Source: Dehalococcoidales bacterium (GTDB taxonomy: Bacteria; Chloroflexota; Dehalococcoidia; Dehalococcoidales; CSSed11-197). From it: a stretch of 64,000 nt of DNA. Positions 47,265 to 55,387 of this stretch are shown in pieces. The DNA lies in NCBI GenBank assembly GCA_028717385.1, contig JAQUNW010000001.1, positions 13,062-77,061 of the forward strand. Direction: 5' to 3'. The notes beneath the pieces were generated by a model that saw nothing but the letters and a program-made list of their open reading frames with translations, had not been told where the DNA came from and ran no database searches. Each line of letters begins with the position of its first letter. The first letter of the stretch is position 1. Position numbers and translations under genes: made by a program.

Positions 47265-47909
47265 TTAGTATCCAGAAAATTCATCATATACTTGCATTTC
47301 ATATTCGTCCGAACTTTCCCATTCTTCCGGGGGTATAAATATCGGTATAAAGGCTGGTTTTTCAACGGTTTCCTGTTGTGCTTTCAAAGCTTTATGCTGC
47401 ATCATATACCACAAAGGCCATTCGTTTAGCCTAACCATTCCCGTGCCATCGCAGGCCTGGTCGGCAATTTGTTCTATAACAGGACGAGCTGCCACTGTTA
47501 CAGTTTGCGGATCATCTACATTGGTTAAAAAAGAAATATCGTATGATGATTTCAACTGCATGTTAGCCGGAATATTTACTACGACATACTGATTATCAAT
47601 CACATAACCGGTAGTATAATCAACTAATTGAAGGCTTAAATAGCCGTTTGCATCTGAATCACCAGTGTTTAACAGCGTGACGGTCACAGTAGTGAGATAG
47701 ACACGATAAATCCCGCAAACTGCCAGATAAGTGCCCCCAACAGTAGCCTCAACATTTCTTACGCTAACCCACGCCATGCTGGTGGTGGGGATCGAACCAT
47801 GTTCTTCGCATACCGGGCACGGTGCTTTAATAAACGCGGTTAGTGTAAGAAGTGGGATTATCGTAAAGAAAGCAATGAATTTTTTTTGTGCAGTAAATAT
47901 TTTCTTCAT
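47265..47909 (-). CDS. Hypothetical exported/anchored protein with CPVC motif
   Basis: 214 aa. N-terminal hydrophobic anchor, then CPVCEEHG and a beta-rich domain. An 11-nt gap separates it from the next gene. Confidence 0.55.
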   Translation of the reverse strand: MKKIFTAQKKFIAFFTIIPLLTLTAFIKAPCPVCEEHGSIPTTSMAWVSVRNVEATVGGTYLAVCGIYRVYLTTVTVTLLNTGDSDANGYLSLQLVDYTTGYVIDNQYVVVNIPANMQLKSSYDISFLTNVDDPQTVTVAARPVIEQIADQACDGTGMVRLNEWPLWYMMQHKALKAQQETVEKPAFIPIFIPPEEWESSDEYEMQVYDEFSGY

Positions 47910-48083
47910 ATCATCATACTACCCCCTACCACAATCAATGCAATCGGAAAATTGCTTCTGCTTTCATTCTACTAATTATAAAGAAAAATATCAAAGATTG
48001 TGCATATTTCCAACGTCTTACCAAGGGCTGCACAATCAGAGCAGCCCTTGGTAAATGGGAACCTGATTATTCCCTTCGTGAGT

Positions 48084-49043
48084 CTATGCGCATGCCAATA
48101 TTGCTCTCTTTACCAACGCAATTATAACCTGGCCCTTGTATTTATTTGCGTTGTTTGGCGGCAGAGGCACGGCGCCTGTGGCAGCGGCATTACCGGCTGC
48201 TTCTGCATTGGCAGCATTGATTGTTTTTCCCTTAATGGAATCTTGCGCGGCAGTGGCAATGCGCGGGATCCCATAGACTCCTCCCAGCACAATGCTTGCA
48301 TCACTGCTGCTGATAACTGCTGCGGCACTGACCAGAGGAAAATCAATTGCTTTTCTGAACGCAAACTTTTTATAGGCGCTTTTTGTTCCCGTTGCCGGAG
48401 CAGGTATTTGAATCTCGGTGATTATTTCATCATCATCCAAATTGTTGATCTTCTCTCCATTGTTACCAAAAAATTCGGTCGCTTCCCAGACTTTCTTTGT
48501 GGTGACGATTTTTGCCTTAAAGGCCACTAATGCCGGAGCGGTATCCGAAGGGCAGGGAGCAACACAGCCGTCTATGGCTCCGAATATTGAATGATATCGA
48601 TTCACACCTGTAAGAGCATTACAAATACCTTGCGGGTCCTTTCGCAAGCATTTGAAGTCGTTAAATTCATTGCGATAGTATATACAACGCGGTTTCTGGC
48701 AGATATTTCCTCCGATTGTGCCCATGTTTCTAAGTTCTGGAGACCCGACTGCTAATGCCGCCTGGGCTAAAGCGGTGTATTTTTCTTTTACTATACTCGA
48801 GTTGGCAATAGCTGTAAGCGTTGTAAGGGCCCCGATCTTGAGCATACCGCCATCTTCGCGAATATAAACAAGATCAGGTATTGTTTTGATGTTCACTATT
48901 ACTTCGGGCAGATTATCACTAATGAAACCTTTAAGACAAGTCATCAGATCGGTTCCACCGGCGACGACTTCAGCCTTGCCTTTCGCTAATTCGGCAGTTG
49001 CTTGAGATAGTGAGCTAACATTGATGTGAGTTATATTATCCAT
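48084..49043 (-). CDS. Molybdenum hydroxylase FAD-binding subunit (CoxM/XdhB/PaoB-like)
   Basis: 319 aa. VVAGGTDL, GTIGGNI and a CO-dehydrogenase flavoprotein C-terminal-like region. Confidence 0.85.
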   Translation of the reverse strand: MDNITHINVSSLSQATAELAKGKAEVVAGGTDLMTCLKGFISDNLPEVIVNIKTIPDLVYIREDGGMLKIGALTTLTAIANSSIVKEKYTALAQAALAVGSPELRNMGTIGGNICQKPRCIYYRNEFNDFKCLRKDPQGICNALTGVNRYHSIFGAIDGCVAPCPSDTAPALVAFKAKIVTTKKVWEATEFFGNNGEKINNLDDDEIITEIQIPAPATGTKSAYKKFAFRKAIDFPLVSAAAVISSSDASIVLGGVYGIPRIATAAQDSIKGKTINAANAEAAGNAAATGAVPLPPNNANKYKGQVIIALVKRAILACA

Positions 49044-49054
49044 CTTGCTTCCTC

Positions 49055-51325
49055 CTAACCCTTGCCTAATGCTTTGAGTACTCTGTCCGGGTTGGCACAG
49101 CCATGATCAGTATCAACCCACTTACCGGTAGCATTATAGATTGCGCAAATTATTGAAGCGTAACTGCCAACACAGGGTTCTCCAATACCATGAGCCCCAA
49201 GCGGCCCGGCAGCATCATCACCTTCAACTGGCAATAAATGGTGTTTGCTTGGCTTGCAATCCATGGTTGTAAGAAACTGTGCTTCAGTATATTGGCTGCT
49301 GATAACCGCTCCAGTAAGGGGATCATAGATATCACCATAGAACAAGGCCTGGTTAATCATCTGTTCAGTGCCTGATCCCATCTGGTTTTCAACGCCTTTC
49401 CGGAAGACGATACGGCCAGTACCAACGGAATTCCAGTGTTCGAGAACCTCAACTTGGCCGGTTTCAGGATCCACTGCAACTTCAGCAACTGAAGCACAAC
49501 CGCTATTGCAATTTACTAGCGTGCCGACTGGTAGCCCGAAAAGCTCCCGCTGTAAACCGCCTCCGTTGTCAGCGCTTGTTGAAGCCCAGCCTGTCCCATA
49601 ACCAGCAATTGGCGGGGTGCCGGACATAGCAGTCCGATACGTCATCCGCTTGGTGTCGTCATTCTTGTAAAATATTTCACTATTTTTAGCATCCAAATCA
49701 GTAATCTTGATTCCCGGAATATCCTTGAAAGGCGCTTTGAGAATGGCTTTAGCAAACACTTTTTCTCTGGCATCTCTGGCTGCATTTACCATAGACGATA
49801 GTCCACCGGTGAATGTTGAGCCACCGTGCATGCCGCCATCAAGGGTTACATCACTGTTCCCGTAATCACCACATTGCACGTCTTCATAGTTCATGCCCAT
49901 AACTTCAGCAACGAAATGCCTGGCTTCGGCGGGGGCGTTGTGAATTCCTGTGCCGCCTAATTCAAAAACGCATGTCCCATCTGCTTTCATCAGGACTAAA
50001 GCGCCTCTAGCTATGCCGTTTACAGTCCCGTGGCTATCATGATGGCAGTGTATGCCGATGCCGTGCAGTCTGCCGTCGGCCATGACATTGTTTTCACCGG
50101 GTTTATGCCATTTGGAAACATATCCACTTGCTTGAGCCACAGTTTCAAAACACTCATTGACCTCTTTGGCACCATAATACCAATTGGGCGAATCAAGAGC
50201 ACGCATATCTACAGGCATCAAATTTTTCTTTCGTATTTCATACGGGTTAATGTCGAGATGGGTGGCAAGTTTATCCAAGGCAGCGCTAATGTTTACACCA
50301 TTTGGCGGGTCAGAGACGCAGCGCCATGCCCCTCTATCCGGTACATTTATATAGGCACCCTTGCCACGCCACTTTACATGTGGAATGTTGAATGTGTGCT
50401 GTAAGCAAGGATTAATACCGGCGCCGGTACCATTTGTAAAATACTCAACATCTACAGCCGTGATAGTACCATCTGATTTTGCACCCCAGGTATATTTGGA
50501 ACGATGATCATGCTGGCGAATACGGAAAAGCATGCTGTGTTTCTTGGTGCATTTAAAGCAAACCGGAGCACCACCAACTGCTTTAGACATGAGTGCAGCC
50601 ACTCCTGCCTCCCAGTTAGAAAGGCGTGCACCATGGCCAGTGCTGCAATATCTCGCAATAGAGTGCACTTTATTTGACGTAGTTTCCAAATAGTTTACCA
50701 CTGCACTCTGGTTGCCGTGCAAGTTTTGTGAAGATTGATATACGTAACAATGATCGTTGAGCCAATATGCTGTAGCAATGTACTGCTCGATTGGCGCGTG
50801 TTGGTGAGTTGGTGTCCAATACTGTTCACATGTTAGGGTTGTGTCGGCTGCTGAGAAACCTGCTTCGATATTGCCTCGGTCAAAATTGGCGAGTGCAATG
50901 TTGGTATTTGCCCGCTTGCCACTCAGGGGGGCGTCATCACCAAGTTCGAACGCTTCATCCGGACCAGTTATTGCAGGCAAAAGCTCATACTCCACGTCAA
51001 TCAGATTGATAACGCGCAAAGCTTTATACCAGTCATCGGCTACAATGCCAACAATTGGCTGCCCCCAGAACAGTACATCGCTACTGAATATTGTAGGGGA
51101 GTCTTCATAAGTCAGGATTGCTTTAACCCCTGGCACAGCCAGGGCTTTTTGAGCATTTATACTTTTTATTTTGGCATGAGTTTCGGTTGCATGTTTACAT
51201 GCCCCCCAAAGCTTTTTACCTGATAAATAGTCTTCAGTAAATTCCGCTTTTCCTAGTAAAAGTGGATACGTTTTATGCTCGTAGGTTTCGGAGCTTCCCA
51301 GTATATTGAAGGGCGTTAAGGCCAT
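49055..51325 (-). CDS. Molybdopterin-binding large subunit of xanthine dehydrogenase/aldehyde oxidase family (PaoC/CoxL-like)
   Basis: 756 aa. a/b-hammerhead N-terminus (GKAEFTEDY...HAKIKSI), then GGGFG-family-like regions and a GIGEP motif near the C-terminus. Confidence 0.9.
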   Translation of the reverse strand: MALTPFNILGSSETYEHKTYPLLLGKAEFTEDYLSGKKLWGACKHATETHAKIKSINAQKALAVPGVKAILTYEDSPTIFSSDVLFWGQPIVGIVADDWYKALRVINLIDVEYELLPAITGPDEAFELGDDAPLSGKRANTNIALANFDRGNIEAGFSAADTTLTCEQYWTPTHQHAPIEQYIATAYWLNDHCYVYQSSQNLHGNQSAVVNYLETTSNKVHSIARYCSTGHGARLSNWEAGVAALMSKAVGGAPVCFKCTKKHSMLFRIRQHDHRSKYTWGAKSDGTITAVDVEYFTNGTGAGINPCLQHTFNIPHVKWRGKGAYINVPDRGAWRCVSDPPNGVNISAALDKLATHLDINPYEIRKKNLMPVDMRALDSPNWYYGAKEVNECFETVAQASGYVSKWHKPGENNVMADGRLHGIGIHCHHDSHGTVNGIARGALVLMKADGTCVFELGGTGIHNAPAEARHFVAEVMGMNYEDVQCGDYGNSDVTLDGGMHGGSTFTGGLSSMVNAARDAREKVFAKAILKAPFKDIPGIKITDLDAKNSEIFYKNDDTKRMTYRTAMSGTPPIAGYGTGWASTSADNGGGLQRELFGLPVGTLVNCNSGCASVAEVAVDPETGQVEVLEHWNSVGTGRIVFRKGVENQMGSGTEQMINQALFYGDIYDPLTGAVISSQYTEAQFLTTMDCKPSKHHLLPVEGDDAAGPLGAHGIGEPCVGSYASIICAIYNATGKWVDTDHGCANPDRVLKALGKG

Positions 51326-52146
51326 TATACACCTCCTTTAACGGCTTCTATGGTTTTCTTGAAGTTTCCGCATGAGCATATATGCCCAGAGAGAGCAAGT
51401 CGTACTTCATCTTCGGTCGGATTGGGCTTTACATTAAGAAGACCTTTAGCCGCCATTAAAAATCCTGGAGTGCAATAACCACACTGAACGGCATCGATTT
51501 TTTGGAATTTACTTTGCAAGGGACTGAGCTCGTGCCCGTCTGATATCCCTTCAACGGTCTCTATCTGAATTCCTTCAGCCTCGCGTGACAGCTTAAGGCA
51601 AGCATATATTGGCACTCCGTCCGCCAAAACTGTGCAAGCACCACATTGCCCCATGTCACAACCTATTTTAGTACCAGTAAGGCCTAACTGCTCCCTCAGA
51701 GTCCAGGCTAATGTTTCATGGTTGTTTACCCTTAATAGGTAATTTACTCCATTGACATTGAGTGTTACGATTGAAGGATCAAGCGGCTCTGCAACCAGAT
51801 GTTCACTTTCTATATGCGTTTTCAGTTCAGAAATCGATCCAAATTCAGTATTATCAAAGGGGCACACAAACTTGGTAATGGTCTCTACTTCACCAGGGTG
51901 AGCAGAATCAAGGTGCGATGCCAGCGCGCTGATTGAATCGAATTCCTGGCTACAAACAGGGCAAACAAAAGTAGCTTTTACTGTTGTAACCTGAACTGTT
52001 TTGGTAACTTCTTTTGTGACCTCTATCTCTCTGTCTTTGCATGCAGATAAGATAAAGGATGACCCAACAGCAGTACCTCCAACAATGATTCCTGCATTTT
52101 TTAGAAATTGCCTTCTTGATACTTGGCTTATTTCATTTTCAGGCAT
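51325..52146 (-). CDS. [2Fe-2S] small subunit of the Mo hydroxylase, with TAT signal, lipobox and two C2H2-like repeats inserted
   Basis: 273 aa. SRRQFLK twin-arginine motif and lipobox ILSAC. Repeats FVCPVCSQEFDSISALASHLDSAH and FVCPFDNTEFGSISELKTHIESEH. Ferredoxin motifs GCDMGQCGACTV and QCGYCTPG. Confidence 0.85.
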   Translation of the reverse strand: MPENEISQVSRRQFLKNAGIIVGGTAVGSSFILSACKDREIEVTKEVTKTVQVTTVKATFVCPVCSQEFDSISALASHLDSAHPGEVETITKFVCPFDNTEFGSISELKTHIESEHLVAEPLDPSIVTLNVNGVNYLLRVNNHETLAWTLREQLGLTGTKIGCDMGQCGACTVLADGVPIYACLKLSREAEGIQIETVEGISDGHELSPLQSKFQKIDAVQCGYCTPGFLMAAKGLLNVKPNPTEDEVRLALSGHICSCGNFKKTIEAVKGGV

Positions 52147-52237
52147 TTATAGTTCCCTCCTTTATATGTTAAGGTGCTTTAGAATCTAATAACATTTCTC
52201 TTATAACACCTCACCTCCTTTGGGGTCATTTTTGCCT

Positions 52238-52423
52238 TCAAGCTGACATTTTGCCCCTTTTTTCTTCCCAGAGATCTACCATTTGTTGGATAAAACCGTC
52301 ATAACACTGTCCGGGAGCACGACATTCATCCATTCTTTGTTTTGTGGAAACTTTTATACCGATAGTGGAACGTCTTGTTAATGATTCCCGCCTGCTATCA
52401 GTGTTTATGAGCCCTACAACCAT
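52238..52423 (-). CDS. Possible ribbon-helix-helix (CopG/Arc-like) small protein
   Basis: 61 aa. The STIGIKVSTKQRMDE...GFIQQMVDLWEE pattern resembles RHH proteins. It lies upstream of the Mo-hydroxylase operon. Confidence 0.35.
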   Translation of the reverse strand: MVVGLINTDSRRESLTRRSTIGIKVSTKQRMDECRAPGQCYDGFIQQMVDLWEEKRGKMSA

Positions 52424-52816
52424 ACCGATAATCCTCCCATTTTTCGATAGTAACCAACTTTTCCCTATATTTTTTAAACCACCTCCTTTTTTGTATTCAA
52501 GTAATCATCTTTAAGCTATCAAGCATTGATTTTAATAAGGTGAGATTTTTTCGTTCACATTTGCAGTTGTTAAAGGTCTAATTACCAGAAATATGCTTCG
52601 ATATATAAAACTTGAAAGTGACGTTATATTCAATATGTTAGTATGGAATCTTAAAAATTACATCGGTCATGCTGGTAAAAGATGATTAGAAACATGGGTA
52701 ATACGCTGATAAAAATAAATAGATAAATGGGTATTATGGGTACCCTTTTTGGTAAAAGTACTTGTTATTCTTGGAGTCTATTGTATAATGGTATCAGTAC
52801 ATTAAGCAGATTTGGC

Positions 52817-53473
52817 ATGAATGAGAGTGAAACCAATAATGGTCTCCAGATTATTATCGTTCATCCAACTGAAATCGTCAGGCTTGGATTATGTGCTCTA
52901 TTTGAAAAGTGCGAGTATTTGGTATATCGCTCATTTGAAGCTTGTGACTCTCTTTTTAGCCAACTAAAATGGTTTCCTAATGCGCTTATTTTGGTGCACC
53001 ACTCACTCTGCCAGCATCAAGGAAGTATTCGTAAAGTAATTGAGCATACCGGAGCAACAATTGCCCTGATAGCATCCAGCGATTTAGCTCATAATGACAG
53101 CTTTCAGGATTTATCAGAAAAAATTGAAGAAGGCGTTACTGGTTTCATCGATTTAAATGAACCTTTGCACATATTCCTCTCTAAAATTGAAGATATCGCT
53201 TCGGGCAGTTTTGTTATTTCAAAAAGCTTTGTCAGCCAGCTTACCGAAAAAAACGTTCCGAATTACAAAGACATCAATGAAATCCTTAATGACAGAGAAT
53301 TGGAAATTCTGGACCTGGTTGCCAATGGGAGTACAAATAAGGAGATTGGGCAAAAGCTATATATTTCAGAGCATACAGTCAAATCATATATTAGCCAGAT
53401 TCTCACCAAGCTTGATCTTAAAAACAGGCAGCAAGCTGCTGTATATTTAATCAAAAACAGAATGGACGTATAG
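52817..53473 (+). CDS. LuxR-family regulator with atypical (probably non-phosphorylatable) receiver-like domain
   Basis: GerE HTH LNDRELEILDLVANGSTNKEIGQKLYISEHTVKSYISQILTKLDLKNRQQA. In the receiver-like N-terminus the usual phospho-acceptor Asp context reads LILVHHS. The start is taken at the Met at 52817. Confidence 0.7.
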   Translation: MNESETNNGLQIIIVHPTEIVRLGLCALFEKCEYLVYRSFEACDSLFSQLKWFPNALILVHHSLCQHQGSIRKVIEHTGATIALIASSDLAHNDSFQDLSEKIEEGVTGFIDLNEPLHIFLSKIEDIASGSFVISKSFVSQLTEKNVPNYKDINEILNDRELEILDLVANGSTNKEIGQKLYISEHTVKSYISQILTKLDLKNRQQAAVYLIKNRMDV

Positions 53474-53548
53474 TAACCGCTATCGTAAGCAAATTACAGG
53501 CTTTTTCTCACAGAAGTCTTTTTTTATTTTTTATAGAGTGAATTGCGG

Positions 53549-53764
53549 CTATTCCATGGTCGGGAACTGTTTTCTTAGGCGCCCGAACGCTTTAATTATC
53601 TGTTGACCAACTTCAGTATTGTTTTCCACTTCTCTTAACATCTCTTGTGGCGATAAATTAAAAGTTCCACCAATTGCGTGCGGAACTTCTTTCAAATCCG
53701 AACTTTTCTTGATTATTAACTTGAGTTCTTTAATCGCAGTTTCCCGAGAGGTATTGATATCCAT
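53549..53764 (-). CDS. Hypothetical small protein
   Basis: 71-aa ORF with a GGAGAATATC RBS-like stretch upstream. No family recognised. Confidence 0.4.
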   Translation of the reverse strand: MDINTSRETAIKELKLIIKKSSDLKEVPHAIGGTFNLSPQEMLREVENNTEVGQQIIKAFGRLRKQFPTME

Positions 53765-53801
53765 GTTTGAATGATATTCTCCTATTGAATCCTGGATTAG
53801 C

Positions 53802-53842
53802 GTGCTTGGTTATCGGTTGTGCCAATACCGATAACCAAGCAC
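53802..53842. repeat. Perfect 16-bp-stem hairpin / inverted repeat
   Basis: GTGCTTGGTTATCGGT-TGTGCCAAT-ACCGATAACCAAGCAC. Confidence 0.85.
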
Positions 53843-53883
53843 AAAGATAAAATTAGATTTTTTCTCCAGTACAATCCCTATAC

Positions 53884-54155
53884 GTGGTGTAAATTCAGGG
53901 GTTGAAATCAAAAGCCACCGTGTGGTTTCTTGAAAGAACAACAAAATACTTTCAGGAGGTATTTCCCAACAACAAGGCAGTCATAAGGCTTATCGAATCA
54001 GTGCTGTTGGAACAGCAGGATGAATGGGAAATTGGCAGGCGGTACTTTTCGCTGGAATCAATGAACAAGACCCTGGAGGGAACCATAGATGAGCCATTGC
54101 TGTTGGTAGTAGAGGCATAAAAACATGAGAAATCACCGGTGGCAATTTACACCAC
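53884..54155 (+). mobile_element. Internally deleted IS256-family (Mutator-like) remnant with 12-bp terminal inverted repeats
   Basis: GTGGTGTAAATT (53884-53895) is the reverse complement of AATTTACACCAC (54144-54155). The repeats enclose only the C-terminal fragment of the transposase. Confidence 0.6.
53902..54120 (+). pseudogene. IS256-family transposase C-terminal fragment
   Basis: VFPNNKAVIRLIESVLLEQQDEWEIGRRYFSLESM matches the conserved IS256 transposase C-terminus (IFPN...L.RL..A.L.E..EEW..G.RY). Confidence 0.65.
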
Positions 54156-54241
54156 TTGACGGGATACTACCTATTAAACCGAGTTTACGGTGAGTTCGAA
54201 CTGAGTTAGAATCGGTAGACAAGCTTCTGATTGAAATACCG

Positions 54242-54490
54242 TTATTTACCGTATTTATTCGATAGATGCTTTATAATCTTTATTACTTCTTGAAGCAATA
54301 AGTCGAAAAGTCCGGTACCAAGAAATATTAATAATAGCGCAATCCCGAATAGCAACCACCAGATAACTACTGGAATAGAAGCAAATACATTGTTAATTGA
54401 CCACATCAATAGGCCAGCTATAATTGAATAGAATATTGCTTCTTTTTTACTCATAAAGCGCCATACAGAATTGGCGAGTTGTTTATCCAC
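54242..54490 (-). CDS. Small membrane protein
   Basis: 82 aa with two TM helices. Confidence 0.45.
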   Translation of the reverse strand: MDKQLANSVWRFMSKKEAIFYSIIAGLLMWSINNVFASIPVVIWWLLFGIALLLIFLGTGLFDLLLQEVIKIIKHLSNKYGK

Positions 54491-54616
54491 AGATGTTGAG
54501 CTGGTTTAATAGTATACTATAAATACTACCAAAATAGTCGTACGACCGGTGAACAGGGACCGGCAGACGAATTGTCTGCCGGCAATAGATTATGCTATAT
54601 ATCTGCGGAGCGAGTA

Positions 54617-55066
54617 TTATTGATTTGCATTTATCGGTTCTAAACCAGGTTGATGCGTTCCTTTAACAGCGTGATAATTAAAATAGTCGCTAATCTCGGG
54701 TGTACCCAAGTAGAAAATTATGAGAGTGCCGATGACAGTTCCAACAGGGAAACTGACAAGTCCAATTATCGCATGAATTATTCCTGAGCTACGTGCACAT
54801 TGTTTGCCTTGAAATATTCCAACCCCAACGATAAATGAGAATATAAAAAACAACTAAACACAATATAGCTAGCCCCCGAGTACTACAAATAGGCCCCCTA
54901 TCGACAGTGAGTTTATATACGCACCGAAATACAAATATGGAAAACCAGAGAAGCCATTAATCGCCATGATAACAATTAGCAAAGTTGTGAGTAGCCCAAA
55001 GAGTGCGGCAGATGCAATAAAGAATTGCCATGCAGCAACTAACGTAATATATTTTGGCCTTTCCAG
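54617..55066 (-). pseudogene. Possible frameshifted small multi-TM protein
   Basis: Track ORF 54617-54853 has no convincing start. An upstream frame, which follows an AGGAGG stretch, reads ...PKYITLVAAWQFFIASAALFGLLTTLLIVIMAING...GGLFVVLGG* and appears to continue into the track ORF after a frame change. Confidence 0.3.
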
Positions 55067-55276
55067 GTATCCTCCTTATAATGTTCACCAGATTAAATCC
55101 GATTGTTCCCGATTATAATAACGAATATAGCTGTTCATAATTTAGCATCTTTGCAAACAACAAACTGAACCAAACCTGTTTACAAACACTTTTAAATCTT
55201 TCCTTTGAGTGGTAAAATTTCTTTGTGCATTTATTGTCGGCAGGCAATTATCTAGCGTCTTATTATCGTATTTTCC

Positions 55277-55305
55277 TTGACATAGGCACTTGCCTGTACG
55301 ATAAT
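55277..55305 (+). promoter_or_regulatory. Sigma-70-like promoter upstream of rdhA
   Basis: TTGACA (55277-55282), a 17-nt spacer, then GATAAT (55300-55305). Flanked by and overlapping the 10-bp inverted repeat TATTATCGTA/TACGATAATA. Confidence 0.45.
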
Positions 55306-55387
55306 ATGTAATTGCAGACTATTATTATCCACAATTTACACACAGTAAATTTCAGCTGCATAAATAAATAAGTGCCGGAGGGTAGTA

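Noticed and set aside
48000-52189. Plus-strand ORFs inside the Mo-hydroxylase operon (for example 48000-48530, 50030-50404, 50841-51110, 52001-52189)
   Set aside because: They are shadow frames of well-supported minus-strand genes.
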